From an uncultured Clostridia bacterium (lineage in GTDB: Bacteria; Bacillota; Clostridia; TANB77; CAG-508): a DNA stretch of 40,239 nt. Below the pieces are notes generated by a model. That model was not told the DNA's origin, did no database searches, and saw nothing but the letters and a program-made list of their open reading frames with translations. Shown piece by piece: positions 20,074-29,802 of this stretch. How positions within the stretch are numbered: the stretch's first letter is position 1; every line of letters begins with the position of its first letter. The DNA lies in assembly GCA_947624185.1 (NCBI GenBank), contig CANQJG010000003.1:1-40239 (forward strand). The letters are read 5' to 3'. A program made the position numbers and the translations under genes.

Positions 20074-20203
20074 TTAATTATGATTTGATCTTTAATTCTT
20101 TGCATTTGTTTAATTAAGATCTACTCTTTAATTCTTGCATTTGTTAATTATGATCTACTCTTTAATTCTTTTCGTTTGTTTAATTATGATTTACTTTGTA
20201 ATT
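20074..20203. repeat. ~35-bp tandem repeat (about 3.6 units) in the argS leader
   Basis: Units of ttaattatgatctactctttaattcttt(g)catttgt starting at 20074, 20110, 20144 and 20180. Confidence 0.85.
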
Positions 20204-20256
20204 GTTTGTATTCTTTTAATCATACTTTGCTTTATAATCATATAATTATTTAAAAC

Positions 20257-20991
20257 TTATTCTTTTCCTTGTAATTGCTTGCGTTCTTTTTTTATTATTT
20301 TTATATAACGTACATTGCTTTGCAAAAATCTTTTGATTCTTTTTGGTTCTACTGTAATTCTATATAACCACTCCAAATGGTATTTTAAAAACATTTTTGG
20401 AGCTCTTTTTTTCATACCGCTTAATACATCAAAGCTTCCACCTACTCCAACAAATATGCCTTTATTAAAATCTTTTAAATTTTCATAAATTAATATTTCT
20501 TGATTAGGTATTCCTAAAGCTACTAAAACAACGTCAGGTTTTGCTTTTTTTATTTTTTCAAATATTTCTTGTTTATTTTCTACATATCCGTCAACTGCTC
20601 CTGCAATAACTAAGTCAGGATATTGTTCATCAATTTTTTTTGTAAATTTTTCTATTACTTCTTTTTTTGCTCCGAATAAAAATATACTTTTTTTATGTTC
20701 ATTGCATTTTTCTAATAAATAATTTACGAAATCTATTCCTGTAATTGTCTTATTAATTTCCTTAATTCCAAACATTTGGGCACCTTTTACAATTCCAATT
20801 CCGTCAGGTACAATAACTGTTTGATCATCTAATAATGCGTTTTTTAAGGTTTCATTTTCTTCGGCAATCATCAATGTTTCAGGGTTCGCTGTTATTACAA
20901 ACATTTTTTTCTCATCTATTAGATTTTTTTCTGCAAGACTATAAAATTCTTTTTGGCTTCCCTTATATATTTTTTGAAAATATTCTTTCAT
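20257..20991 (-). CDS. WecB/TagA/CpsF-family glycosyltransferase (ManNAc transferase-like)
   Basis: ITANPE, VPDGIGIV, ITGIDF, LVALGIPNQE, GVGGSFDV.SG..KRAP, LEWLYR. Confidence 0.9.
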   Translation of the reverse strand: MKEYFQKIYKGSQKEFYSLAEKNLIDEKKMFVITANPETLMIAEENETLKNALLDDQTVIVPDGIGIVKGAQMFGIKEINKTITGIDFVNYLLEKCNEHKKSIFLFGAKKEVIEKFTKKIDEQYPDLVIAGAVDGYVENKQEIFEKIKKAKPDVVLVALGIPNQEILIYENLKDFNKGIFVGVGGSFDVLSGMKKRAPKMFLKYHLEWLYRITVEPKRIKRFLQSNVRYIKIIKKERKQLQGKE

Positions 20992-21018
20992 TAAAATACC
21001 GTTCCTTTTTATCCTATT

Positions 21019-22122
21019 TTAGTTGCTGTACTTTTCTATTATCGCGTCTACTATTTTCTTACTTGCATTTCCGTCTCCATAAGGATTCTTGGCTACACTC
21101 ATTTTTTTATACTCTTCTTCATTTTCTATTAATTCTTTTGTTAAATTAAATATGTTTTCTTCATCTGTTCCTGCTAGTTTCAAAGTTCCTGCTTCAATTC
21201 CCTCAGGTCTTTCGGTAGTTTCTCTTAAAACTAAAACTGGCTTTCCAAGTGACGGAGCTTCTTCTTGTATTCCACCACTATCAGTTAAAATTAGATATGA
21301 TTTGTTTATAAAATTATGAAAATCTATTACATTTAATGGATCTATTAGCTTTATTTTTTCATTACCGTCTAAATATTCTTTTGCCAACTTTCTGACTTTT
21401 GGATTAAGATGAACTGGATAAACTGCTTTAACATCATCATACATACTTACGATTCTTTTTAATGCTTTGAAAATATTTTCCATTGGCTTTCCAAAATTTT
21501 CTCTCCTATGAACTGTAACCAAAATCAATTTGTCATCTCCAACCCAGTCCAATATTTCATTTTTATAATCATTTTTTACAGTTGTTTTCAAAGCATCTAT
21601 CGCAGTATTGCCTGTTACGAATATTGTATCTTTATTTTTTCTCTCTGCTAATAAATTATTTTTGCAAGCTTCAGTTGGAGCAAAATTCATATCTGCTAAA
21701 ACTCCTACCATTTGTCTGTTCATTTCTTCCGGATAAGGAGCATATTTATTATATGTTCTTAAACCTGCTTCAACATGACCAATATCAACTTGATTGTAAT
21801 ACGCTGCTAAAGCCCCTGCGAAAGTCGTTGTCGTATCTCCATGTACTAACACTATGTTAGGTTTTTCTTCTCTAATAATTTTTTCTAGTCCAGTTAGCAC
21901 CTTGCTTGTTATATCATTTAAAGTTTGATTTTCTTGCATAATATTCAAATCGTAGTCAGGCACTATATCAAATACTTCTAATACCTGATCTAGCATTTGT
22001 CTATGTTGTGCTGTAACACATACAATGCACTTTATCTCTTTTCTTGACTTTAATTCTTTTATTACTGGTGCTAATTTTATCGCTTCAGGTCTAGTCCCAA
22101 ATATCAACATTACTTTAATCAT
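21019..22122 (-). CDS. wecB: UDP-N-acetylglucosamine 2-epimerase (non-hydrolysing)
   Basis: FGTRPEAIKLAP, TAQHRQML, VHGDTTT, HVEAGLRT, TDSGGIQEEAPSLGKP, NPYGDG. Confidence 0.95.
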   Translation of the reverse strand: MIKVMLIFGTRPEAIKLAPVIKELKSRKEIKCIVCVTAQHRQMLDQVLEVFDIVPDYDLNIMQENQTLNDITSKVLTGLEKIIREEKPNIVLVHGDTTTTFAGALAAYYNQVDIGHVEAGLRTYNKYAPYPEEMNRQMVGVLADMNFAPTEACKNNLLAERKNKDTIFVTGNTAIDALKTTVKNDYKNEILDWVGDDKLILVTVHRRENFGKPMENIFKALKRIVSMYDDVKAVYPVHLNPKVRKLAKEYLDGNEKIKLIDPLNVIDFHNFINKSYLILTDSGGIQEEAPSLGKPVLVLRETTERPEGIEAGTLKLAGTDEENIFNLTKELIENEEEYKKMSVAKNPYGDGNASKKIVDAIIEKYSN

Positions 22123-22272
22123 CTTTACATCTCCACTTATCGTTTTATTTATTTTTTAATAGTTTATTGTCATTTATTTTTCTGTATCAAATTTTCTGTT
22201 TTGTTCTAATTAATTTTGTTATTTTCATTAATCCATTATTTTTCATTATTATATCATTTACTTTTAATTATA

Positions 22273-22962
22273 TCATTTATTTTTTAATTTTTTATAAATG
22301 CAATATAATTTTATGTTAAATTTATTATTCATTTTCATCCTTAGATGTTCATTTCTCCAAGCTTTTTTACCAAGCCAAGAGCCTAGAAAAACATGTACTG
22401 TAAGCGAATCTTTAGAAGGATTGCAAAGTACGCCGTCTTTGTACACTTTTATTCCTTCTTTAAGCAATTGCTCTTTATTTCCTAACTCACAGCCATATTT
22501 ATTTATCAAAATATTCGATACAGATATTGTATTGTTATCTTCAAATTTAAAATCCATATCAATATCATCATAGTAATCCAACATATCTTTTACAAATGGA
22601 TGCTTGGCTTCAGCTCCAAAAACTGCAGTAAATGGGTAGTTTGCATTTTCATATCCAACAAATGCTCTATTGTCTAGCAAGCTGTCCAATTTATCAATTA
22701 CAAAAACATCTGTATCTAAGTAAATACCACCTTGTTCATATATTGCATATGCTCTAACGTAATCACTTACAAATGCCCACTTCTTTGCTTCGTATGCTCT
22801 TTTTACAAATGGGTGCGAATCAATGTCAAAATTATCTTCGTTCCACTCGATTATTTCATAATCTTTTAAGTGTTTTTTCCATGTTTTCATGCACTTTTGG
22901 ATTGCTTTTGGCTTTTCCTTTTTTCCCATCCATACATAATGGATTTTTTTAGGTATTGACAT
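22273..22962 (-). CDS. DXD-motif glycosyltransferase (GT32-like)
   Basis: IPKKIHYVW, WAFVSDYVR, GGIYLDTDV. Confidence 0.88.
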   Translation of the reverse strand: MSIPKKIHYVWMGKKEKPKAIQKCMKTWKKHLKDYEIIEWNEDNFDIDSHPFVKRAYEAKKWAFVSDYVRAYAIYEQGGIYLDTDVFVIDKLDSLLDNRAFVGYENANYPFTAVFGAEAKHPFVKDMLDYYDDIDMDFKFEDNNTISVSNILINKYGCELGNKEQLLKEGIKVYKDGVLCNPSKDSLTVHVFLGSWLGKKAWRNEHLRMKMNNKFNIKLYCIYKKLKNK

Positions 22963-22993
22963 TTTTAATTGTTCCTTTCAATTTGCTGAAATG

Positions 22994-24487
22994 CTATTTA
23001 TTCTTCAATATTCCAAATCTGTAAACAAATTTGTATTGTTTTGTTATGAAATAATATATTACTGCAATTATGAAATTTATTATAGTAAATACCACTCCTG
23101 AACCTATACAAATAGCCAAATTTGAGTATTGCTTTGGCAATATTATATAGAAGATTGCTCCTAGACAAATTATAAATAATGTGTTTAGTGCAAACCTTAA
23201 GTAATATTTCCATACATTTTCATGTATTATTTTCTTGAATATTACAAAAGGTTTTGTAAACAAATCTGCTAAAATCATTGATACTATTGTTCCAACCAAC
23301 ACTCCTGCTATTCCCATATATTGTACTAAAATAATTGATAAGCATAAATTAATTATTACTTCTAAAATAACAAATCTTTTTACTTCTTTAAATTTTCCTG
23401 AAGAAAATGTAAAGACTTTAAGCGGAATTTTTACAATTTGGTAAAATAGTATAATCGTAAATAGCAATGCCAATATTGTACTTGTATGTATATTTCCATT
23501 ATACCATATATTTATAAATTGATTAATAAATAAGAATAATGGTACACATATTATTGTTGCCACAAAGAATACAAATTCATTAAATTCATTAAATACCTGT
23601 ATTCCTTTGCCTTTTGCAGATACTAGCATATCTCCAACGCTTGACATCGTGGCTCCTGCTATTTTGTCCACTAATTGCCTTATTCCTTCTACAAAGTAAT
23701 TGTAAGTTGAATAAATAACAACAAATTTTAACCCAATTACCTTAGAGATAATAATTATATCTATATTGCTTGTCACTAAATTGCCTAAAGTATTTACAAA
23801 TAAGTCTTTTACGTCTTTTATCATCGAGAAATCTTTCTTCTCTTTGAAATCGACTTCTTTATAATTTTTCTTAAATAGATAATGAATTATTACATTACCT
23901 ATAATACTACAAATAACCAAAGAAATCAATATTTCCGGTAAACCTAATCCGCTACATACAATTATTATTTCTACAATTGTTTTTAATATAGTCACTCCTT
24001 GAAATACTGTGTTTGGTATGTATTTCTTTTGATCAGCTTCAAATAGCACTCTATATGGAATTGTGAAATAATAAATTGCTTGACTTATTAAATAAATTAT
24101 AAAAGTAATCTGTGTGTATGAAAAATCAAAGCTATTATCTTTTATGAAAAATCCTACAAAAAATGAGATAATGAATCCTACAACTAATATTAATGTTCCT
24201 ACAACATTGAATATAACTTTTGATGCTGCCATTATAGAACTGATTTTTTTGTTATCTTTTTCGCTTATTGGTTTATAAAGTCTGAAAAGTAAAGCTGTTC
24301 CTACACCACCTTCTAATAATACCAAATAACTTATAATTTGTCCATATAATTGGTACAAGCCTAATTGGTCATTACCTAGAATTTGGATAAACAACTTTGA
24401 TCTAAATAATCCTAATAAAAGTATCACTATTTGTGGAACTGCATCTGTTAAAAAGTTAATAATAGTTGATTTAGTTCTACTCTTCAT
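22994..24487 (-). CDS. Second Wzx/MOP-family polysaccharide flippase
   Basis: Multi-TM; LFIQILG...LGLYQLY..IISYL.LLEGGVG....F.LYKP pattern. Confidence 0.85.
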   Translation of the reverse strand: MKSRTKSTIINFLTDAVPQIVILLLGLFRSKLFIQILGNDQLGLYQLYGQIISYLVLLEGGVGTALLFRLYKPISEKDNKKISSIMAASKVIFNVVGTLILVVGFIISFFVGFFIKDNSFDFSYTQITFIIYLISQAIYYFTIPYRVLFEADQKKYIPNTVFQGVTILKTIVEIIIVCSGLGLPEILISLVICSIIGNVIIHYLFKKNYKEVDFKEKKDFSMIKDVKDLFVNTLGNLVTSNIDIIIISKVIGLKFVVIYSTYNYFVEGIRQLVDKIAGATMSSVGDMLVSAKGKGIQVFNEFNEFVFFVATIICVPLFLFINQFINIWYNGNIHTSTILALLFTIILFYQIVKIPLKVFTFSSGKFKEVKRFVILEVIINLCLSIILVQYMGIAGVLVGTIVSMILADLFTKPFVIFKKIIHENVWKYYLRFALNTLFIICLGAIFYIILPKQYSNLAICIGSGVVFTIINFIIAVIYYFITKQYKFVYRFGILKNK

Positions 24488-24512
24488 TATTATTTACAAT
24501 CCCTTTCTTCGT

Positions 24513-25673
24513 TTATAAAATCTCAATCTCAGGAAATATACATAAAAATTTGCATATTTCTATCATTTTATCTTTATCATATTCATTTTTAACAACTATC
24601 GTTTTAAAACCTATTTCCATTTCAATTAGTAGATTTAAATAAAATTCATCAATTGTACCTTGTTTTATTTCTTTGTTAAATTTTCTTATATCTTTGCCTT
24701 TGTAAATGAATATATCAGGCACTTTTTCTATTGTAACTTTTCTATTTGAGCTAGAAGTGTTTTTGTAAAAATTCACTAATGAATTCAAAAATAAATTATT
24801 TTTATAATTTGGCACTCTCTTCTTTACAACGAACTCAACGATTTTGCCTTTTCTCTTCTGCTCTTTTTTATGATAAATCGGTTTGTATTCTATTTTCATT
24901 TTATGTAAAGCTCTACATAAAAAATTTTGTAATTTATAAAATGGAATATTATAATAATTCATTAATGTTGTAAGAGTTCTCAATTCTCCATTTAGTACAT
25001 TTAAAGTTCCGATTTCATCATTTATATAATTGTTTTCATGTATTCTATATTTCATAAAGATAAAATCTACTTTTTTTACTTTTATTATGCTTGGCTTTTC
25101 ATTTTCTGTATTTATCCAAAAAGGCATATTCCATATTAGATATGTATTTTTTATACTTGAAACGTAACTTTCCTTTTTGAAAAATCCAACATCTACATAA
25201 AGATTTCTGCCTAAACTCAATTGTTGTAAAGGCAAATCACTTTTGCTATTTTTATATTGCCTTACCTTTTGAATCCCAAGCTCTGCTCCATTGTCATTAA
25301 TCAGCTTCAAATCTGATATGATAGCATCATAATCTGCATTTTTACTCATGTAATCAACGCATTTTTCAAATGTAGTATTTTCATTTAGCAAATCATCTGA
25401 GTGTAGCACATATATATAGTCGCCAGTAATGTAATCAAGTGCATTAATTATCGCATTTAATTGGTCTGAATTTTCCTGATAACAATATCTAATTTTATCT
25501 TCAGCATCTTTTTCTTTTTTATAGTCTTCAATAATAAGTCTAGTATTATCAGTTGAACCGTCATCTATAATAATTAATTCCCAATCCTTATATGTCTGAT
25601 ACATCAATGAATCAAGCGTTTCTTTTATCGTTTTGCTGTCATTATAAGTTGGCATTATTACTGATATTTTCAA
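24513..25673 (-). CDS. GT2-family glycosyltransferase
   Basis: ISVIMPTYN, ELIIIDDGSTDNT, LHSDD; TTG start. Confidence 0.88.
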   Translation of the reverse strand: MKISVIMPTYNDSKTIKETLDSLMYQTYKDWELIIIDDGSTDNTRLIIEDYKKEKDAEDKIRYCYQENSDQLNAIINALDYITGDYIYVLHSDDLLNENTTFEKCVDYMSKNADYDAIISDLKLINDNGAELGIQKVRQYKNSKSDLPLQQLSLGRNLYVDVGFFKKESYVSSIKNTYLIWNMPFWINTENEKPSIIKVKKVDFIFMKYRIHENNYINDEIGTLNVLNGELRTLTTLMNYYNIPFYKLQNFLCRALHKMKIEYKPIYHKKEQKRKGKIVEFVVKKRVPNYKNNLFLNSLVNFYKNTSSSNRKVTIEKVPDIFIYKGKDIRKFNKEIKQGTIDEFYLNLLIEMEIGFKTIVVKNEYDKDKMIEICKFLCIFPEIEIL

Positions 25674-25675
25674 AA

Positions 25676-26818
25676 TTACTTTAAACTCCCTTCAATCAAG
25701 TTGTACCAATTTTGTGCAACTATTTCTTTTTTATATTTTTTTGAAAACTCCCTGCCCTGCTTTCCTAAAACATTTCTTAGATTTTCATTTTCTATTAATT
25801 CTATTATTTTTTGAGCCATGGTTTCTTTATCTCTGTTTTCAATCAAATAGCCGTTTTCGCCATTTTTTATTATTTCCTTAGCTCCTTGTGCACTATCGAA
25901 CGCTAATAAAGGTATGCCATAGCTTTCAGCTTCAATTAAAACGATTCCAAAAGACTCTGTAAATGAACTCATTGCATAAATTGATGAATCAAGATATAAT
26001 TTATCAAGTTCTTCTTTGGTTTTGTATCCATGTAATATGACATTATTTTCAAGGTTATATTCTTTTATTTTCTGCTGTACTGCACTTTCTTCTTCTCCAC
26101 TTCCGACAATATTTAAAGTCCAATTTGGATATTTTTTATGTACTATATTGAAAACATCAATTAAATCTGTATAACCTTTTTCTTTGGCCAATCTTCCAAC
26201 AGAAATTATATTTTCTGAATTTAGAGTTGACACTTCCTTTGGATAATTATCTATGCAATGTGGTATGTATATACATTTTGTCTTAGTTCCTTTTAACTTT
26301 TCTTGATAAAAATCTGTAAGCTCCTGAGAAACTGGCAAAAAATAATCAATATTTTTTATACATCTCAATGTTTTATTTATATATTTTTTATTGTTATTAT
26401 GATGATTATGCTCTTGTGCAATTTTAAGAGTTCCCTTTTTAGCGTACTTCCCAACCCAAGCATTATGAAAATATCTTGTTGAAATTATTACATCACTATC
26501 TAGTTTTTTTATAGCATCAACCATAAGTTTTTTCCTTAAAAATAGCACCTTTGCACTAATAAATGATTGCTTAATAATTTCAAAGATATTCAAACTTTTT
26601 ATTGCCTTCTTTAGTTCAAGTCTATTTGGTTTTAAATTATTTTTTAAATATGTAACTTTCACTCTTGGATCAATCTTGAAAGCAGAACTATCTTGCAACA
26701 TATAATTTACTATGATTTCTACGCTATAATTTTCACATAGCATATTGCTTAATGATATGATTGCATTTTCTGTTCCGCCAACGCCTAGGTGCAATGCTAA
26801 TATAGATACCTTTTTCAT
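25676..26818 (-). CDS. GT4-family glycosyltransferase
   Basis: GGTE, SVGRLAKEKG, ESFGIVLIEA, ENGYL. Confidence 0.9.
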   Translation of the reverse strand: MKKVSILALHLGVGGTENAIISLSNMLCENYSVEIIVNYMLQDSSAFKIDPRVKVTYLKNNLKPNRLELKKAIKSLNIFEIIKQSFISAKVLFLRKKLMVDAIKKLDSDVIISTRYFHNAWVGKYAKKGTLKIAQEHNHHNNNKKYINKTLRCIKNIDYFLPVSQELTDFYQEKLKGTKTKCIYIPHCIDNYPKEVSTLNSENIISVGRLAKEKGYTDLIDVFNIVHKKYPNWTLNIVGSGEEESAVQQKIKEYNLENNVILHGYKTKEELDKLYLDSSIYAMSSFTESFGIVLIEAESYGIPLLAFDSAQGAKEIIKNGENGYLIENRDKETMAQKIIELIENENLRNVLGKQGREFSKKYKKEIVAQNWYNLIEGSLK

Positions 26819-26871
26819 ATTAATTCCATTTCTTTCTTGCTTTCAATTCAAGCTAATATTGTTTATATATA

Positions 26872-27061
26872 ATTCTATAAATATAATAGTGTTCGCACCT
26901 TGCTGTCGCAAATTCCATTATGCCTTCATGGCTGTGCAATTAATATACTTTGTGCAATACATAATGCCATTCGGCGCTTGTATGTAATTTGCTTCATTCG
27001 CCCTTCGCTAACGCTCCGGTTGGGCGCTGCGCGGTTGCTTCAACTATTATATTTATAGAAT
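26872..27061 (-). repeat. Dispersed structured element, copy A (inverted relative to B and C)
   Basis: Core 26898-27034 is the reverse complement of the B/C core; closed by a perfect 19-bp IR attctataaatataatagt / actattatatttatagaat. Confidence 0.92.
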
Positions 27062-27065
27062 AATA

Positions 27066-28586
27066 TTACATCCAATCATAATCTTTTAATTTAAATAACA
27101 ATTGAATTAAAATAACACTTATAAATATTCCACTTGCTGGAGCTGTGAGTACGTGACCTGCGAGCAATGCGGCTACAAAGCTTATAAATACTGAATATAT
27201 CATAAACCATACTTCTTGATTTACTATTGCTTTCTTGAATTTTTTTATTAATTCTTTTATTACTAATATTGCAAAGACTACAAAAGGTATGAAATACAAT
27301 ATAAATCCTGCAATTCCGTCGCATATTACAATGTCAAAATAATCCATTTCTATTAATTTTAATGGTTGTACTATATACCATTTCTCAGTCATATAGCCTA
27401 TTCCAAATATTTTGCTTTTTACATTTGCATTTTTGTATAATTCTAAATTATCCCTTAAGAAATCATCTCTTCCGCTGATGAGTGAATCTTGTCTTTTTTC
27501 TTCTTCTTCCTCTTCTTTTTCTTCTGTATCACTTTCGCCTGAAGTTTCATTATTTTTATTGAAATTAAATTCTATTTTTGGAAATGTAACTCCATTGGTT
27601 AGTTTTATATTTTTTCCTACTGGAGAATATGGTACAAAAATGAACGATATAATTATTACCCCAATTGTAACAAGTCCTTTTTTTAAGTATTTCATCTTGT
27701 CTTGCTTTTGAGAATTTTCACTTTCAGCATTGCTGATGCTTTTAGTACTGCCCATACTTTTTTCTTCAGCACTGCTACTTTGTTTAGCTATATTGCTGCT
27801 TGTTTTTGTACTAAAAAATTTTACTACACATACAATTAGAGTTATTACTGCTAGACCAATTGCGCCAAAAAATGGTGCTTTTGTGCCCATTTCTAATACA
27901 GAGAAAATATATAATGCAAGTGTAATAAAATTAAATATTTTTCCTTTTTCGCCATTAATCAAGCTAAGTACTAAAATCGGAGCTGTGCAAGACATGATTA
28001 CTCCGATTTCATTTGCAGCGTAGAAAAGCCCAATTGTACCTTTTTTATCCGGATAAGTGTTATATGCTACACCGAAAACCCTTGCTAATAATATAACTAG
28101 AGCGTAGCCAAATAAAGCATAAATTATGGTTTTATTTTCTATTTTAATATCATTTTTTTTGAATATTGGTATTAAGGCAATAAAAATAATTGGTAAATAA
28201 AATGTTTTTACTATTCCTTTTATTTGAGTAAACATCCCTGTCATACCAAAATTTGCATAGCAATTTACTAGGAATAATATTAAATAAATAGCTAGAATTG
28301 CGTAATATATCAGCATTGTTATTCTATACTTTTTATTACTGATAAAAAGTGCATAGATTGCTGTTGCTATCATGAAAAATGTTCTTACAAATATTCCTAG
28401 TGTGAGCATTTCATTTACATTTCTAACTAACAAAGAAGTTATCACATCTATAATTGGTTGAATTAAAATGTAAAAGACTATGATTTTTTTGATGTTTATT
28501 TTTTTTGTCATTTTTGCCATTATTCCTTTCGCCATTATTCCTTTCATTGTGGAATTAATAATTATATTATTAATTCCCAGTTGCAT
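27066..28586 (-). CDS. O-antigen ligase/polymerase-like membrane protein
   Basis: ILIQPIIDVITS, GLFYAANEIG, GTK, LISGR, IEMDYFDI, AGHVLTAP; true start probably one of the ATGs at about 28510-28550. Confidence 0.8.
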   Translation of the reverse strand: MQLGINNIIINSTMKGIMAKGIMAKMTKKINIKKIIVFYILIQPIIDVITSLLVRNVNEMLTLGIFVRTFFMIATAIYALFISNKKYRITMLIYYAILAIYLILFLVNCYANFGMTGMFTQIKGIVKTFYLPIIFIALIPIFKKNDIKIENKTIIYALFGYALVILLARVFGVAYNTYPDKKGTIGLFYAANEIGVIMSCTAPILVLSLINGEKGKIFNFITLALYIFSVLEMGTKAPFFGAIGLAVITLIVCVVKFFSTKTSSNIAKQSSSAEEKSMGSTKSISNAESENSQKQDKMKYLKKGLVTIGVIIISFIFVPYSPVGKNIKLTNGVTFPKIEFNFNKNNETSGESDTEEKEEEEEEKRQDSLISGRDDFLRDNLELYKNANVKSKIFGIGYMTEKWYIVQPLKLIEMDYFDIVICDGIAGFILYFIPFVVFAILVIKELIKKFKKAIVNQEVWFMIYSVFISFVAALLAGHVLTAPASGIFISVILIQLLFKLKDYDWM

Positions 28587-28624
28587 TTAATTAATTAAAT
28601 GCGATTTATTGTATTTATAATTTT

Positions 28625-29764
28625 CTAGTCTCCTAGACAAATTCCTATATTTCTTGCAGTTTCTACAAGTTCATCATCCATTGTAACTAAACGAACATTG
28701 CTTTCTTTAGTTCCACCTTCAACTGCACCAAGCTCTTTATTATTTCCTACCACATCTTCTAAAGGTACATAATCAAGCTTGCCATTTTTTATAACTGTAA
28801 GCACTCCAAATTTTCCTTCCATTGCAAGCTCCATAGCTTTGGCTCCATATTTTGTTGAAAGCACTCTATCGTAAGCTGTAGGCGTTCCACCCCTTTGCAT
28901 ATAACCAAGTGTTGTGCATCTTGATTCTAGTCCTGTTAATTTTTCTAATTCTTTTGATACTTTGTCTCCAGCTCCTGCAAATTTTACTGCTATTCCTGTT
29001 CCGTCGCTAACATTACTATTTACTGTTGAAGCAGTACCGTCTTTAGGCTGTGCACCTTCTGCCACAACAACAATGCCGAATTGCTTTCCTTTTGCAATCC
29101 TTCTTTGTAAGCTTTGTGCAACTTTATTTATATCATAAGGAATTTCCGGAATAAGTGCAACATCAGCACCACCTGCAATTGCAGACTCTAAGGCAATCCA
29201 GCCTGCATATCTTCCCATAACTTCTAGACACATTATTCTGTGATGAGTTTCAGCAGTCGTATGAAGTCTGTCTATAGCTTCAGAAGCTACTGATACTGCA
29301 GTATTGTATCCAAATGTTATATCAGTACAAGCTACATCATTATCAATTGTTTTTGGAACTCCAATTGTTTTTATCCCTTTGATAAATAAGTCTCTTGCAG
29401 ACTTCTGAGTACTATCTCCACCAAGTGTAAATACACAGTCAAATCCGTCTTTCATTACATTTTGAACACAAAGGTCTGATAAATCTCTGTATTCCACTGT
29501 TCCGTCCGGATTAGTTACTTTGTAATGAAAAACTATTGTATTTGTAGATGAACCAATTATTGATCCACCTTTTGGCAATATTCCGTCAGCCATTGGATTA
29601 AAATCTAATCTTACAAATTTATTTTCAAGAAGTCCCTTATAGCCGTCAATAAATCCATAGCACTCTATTCCATAAACTTCACATGATTTTTTTATGGCTC
29701 TAATAACTGGATTAAGTCCAGCAACATCCCCACCATTTGCTAGTATAGCAACTCTTTTTAACAT
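28625..29764 (-). CDS. pfkA: 6-phosphofructokinase (PfkA family, phosphoryl donor uncertain)
   Basis: GGD.AGLN, PKTIDND, DRLHTTAETH.R...EVMGRYAGWIA, LIPE, LGYMQRGG.PTAYDR. Confidence 0.9.
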   Translation of the reverse strand: MLKRVAILANGGDVAGLNPVIRAIKKSCEVYGIECYGFIDGYKGLLENKFVRLDFNPMADGILPKGGSIIGSSTNTIVFHYKVTNPDGTVEYRDLSDLCVQNVMKDGFDCVFTLGGDSTQKSARDLFIKGIKTIGVPKTIDNDVACTDITFGYNTAVSVASEAIDRLHTTAETHHRIMCLEVMGRYAGWIALESAIAGGADVALIPEIPYDINKVAQSLQRRIAKGKQFGIVVVAEGAQPKDGTASTVNSNVSDGTGIAVKFAGAGDKVSKELEKLTGLESRCTTLGYMQRGGTPTAYDRVLSTKYGAKAMELAMEGKFGVLTVIKNGKLDYVPLEDVVGNNKELGAVEGGTKESNVRLVTMDDELVETARNIGICLGD

Positions 29765-29802
29765 TTGTTTACCTCCTAATTATATGTTAATTTTAACATT
29801 TT

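Noticed and set aside
20074-20203. CRISPR array or T-box
   Set aside because: Units are head-to-tail with no spacers, and no T-box consensus is present.
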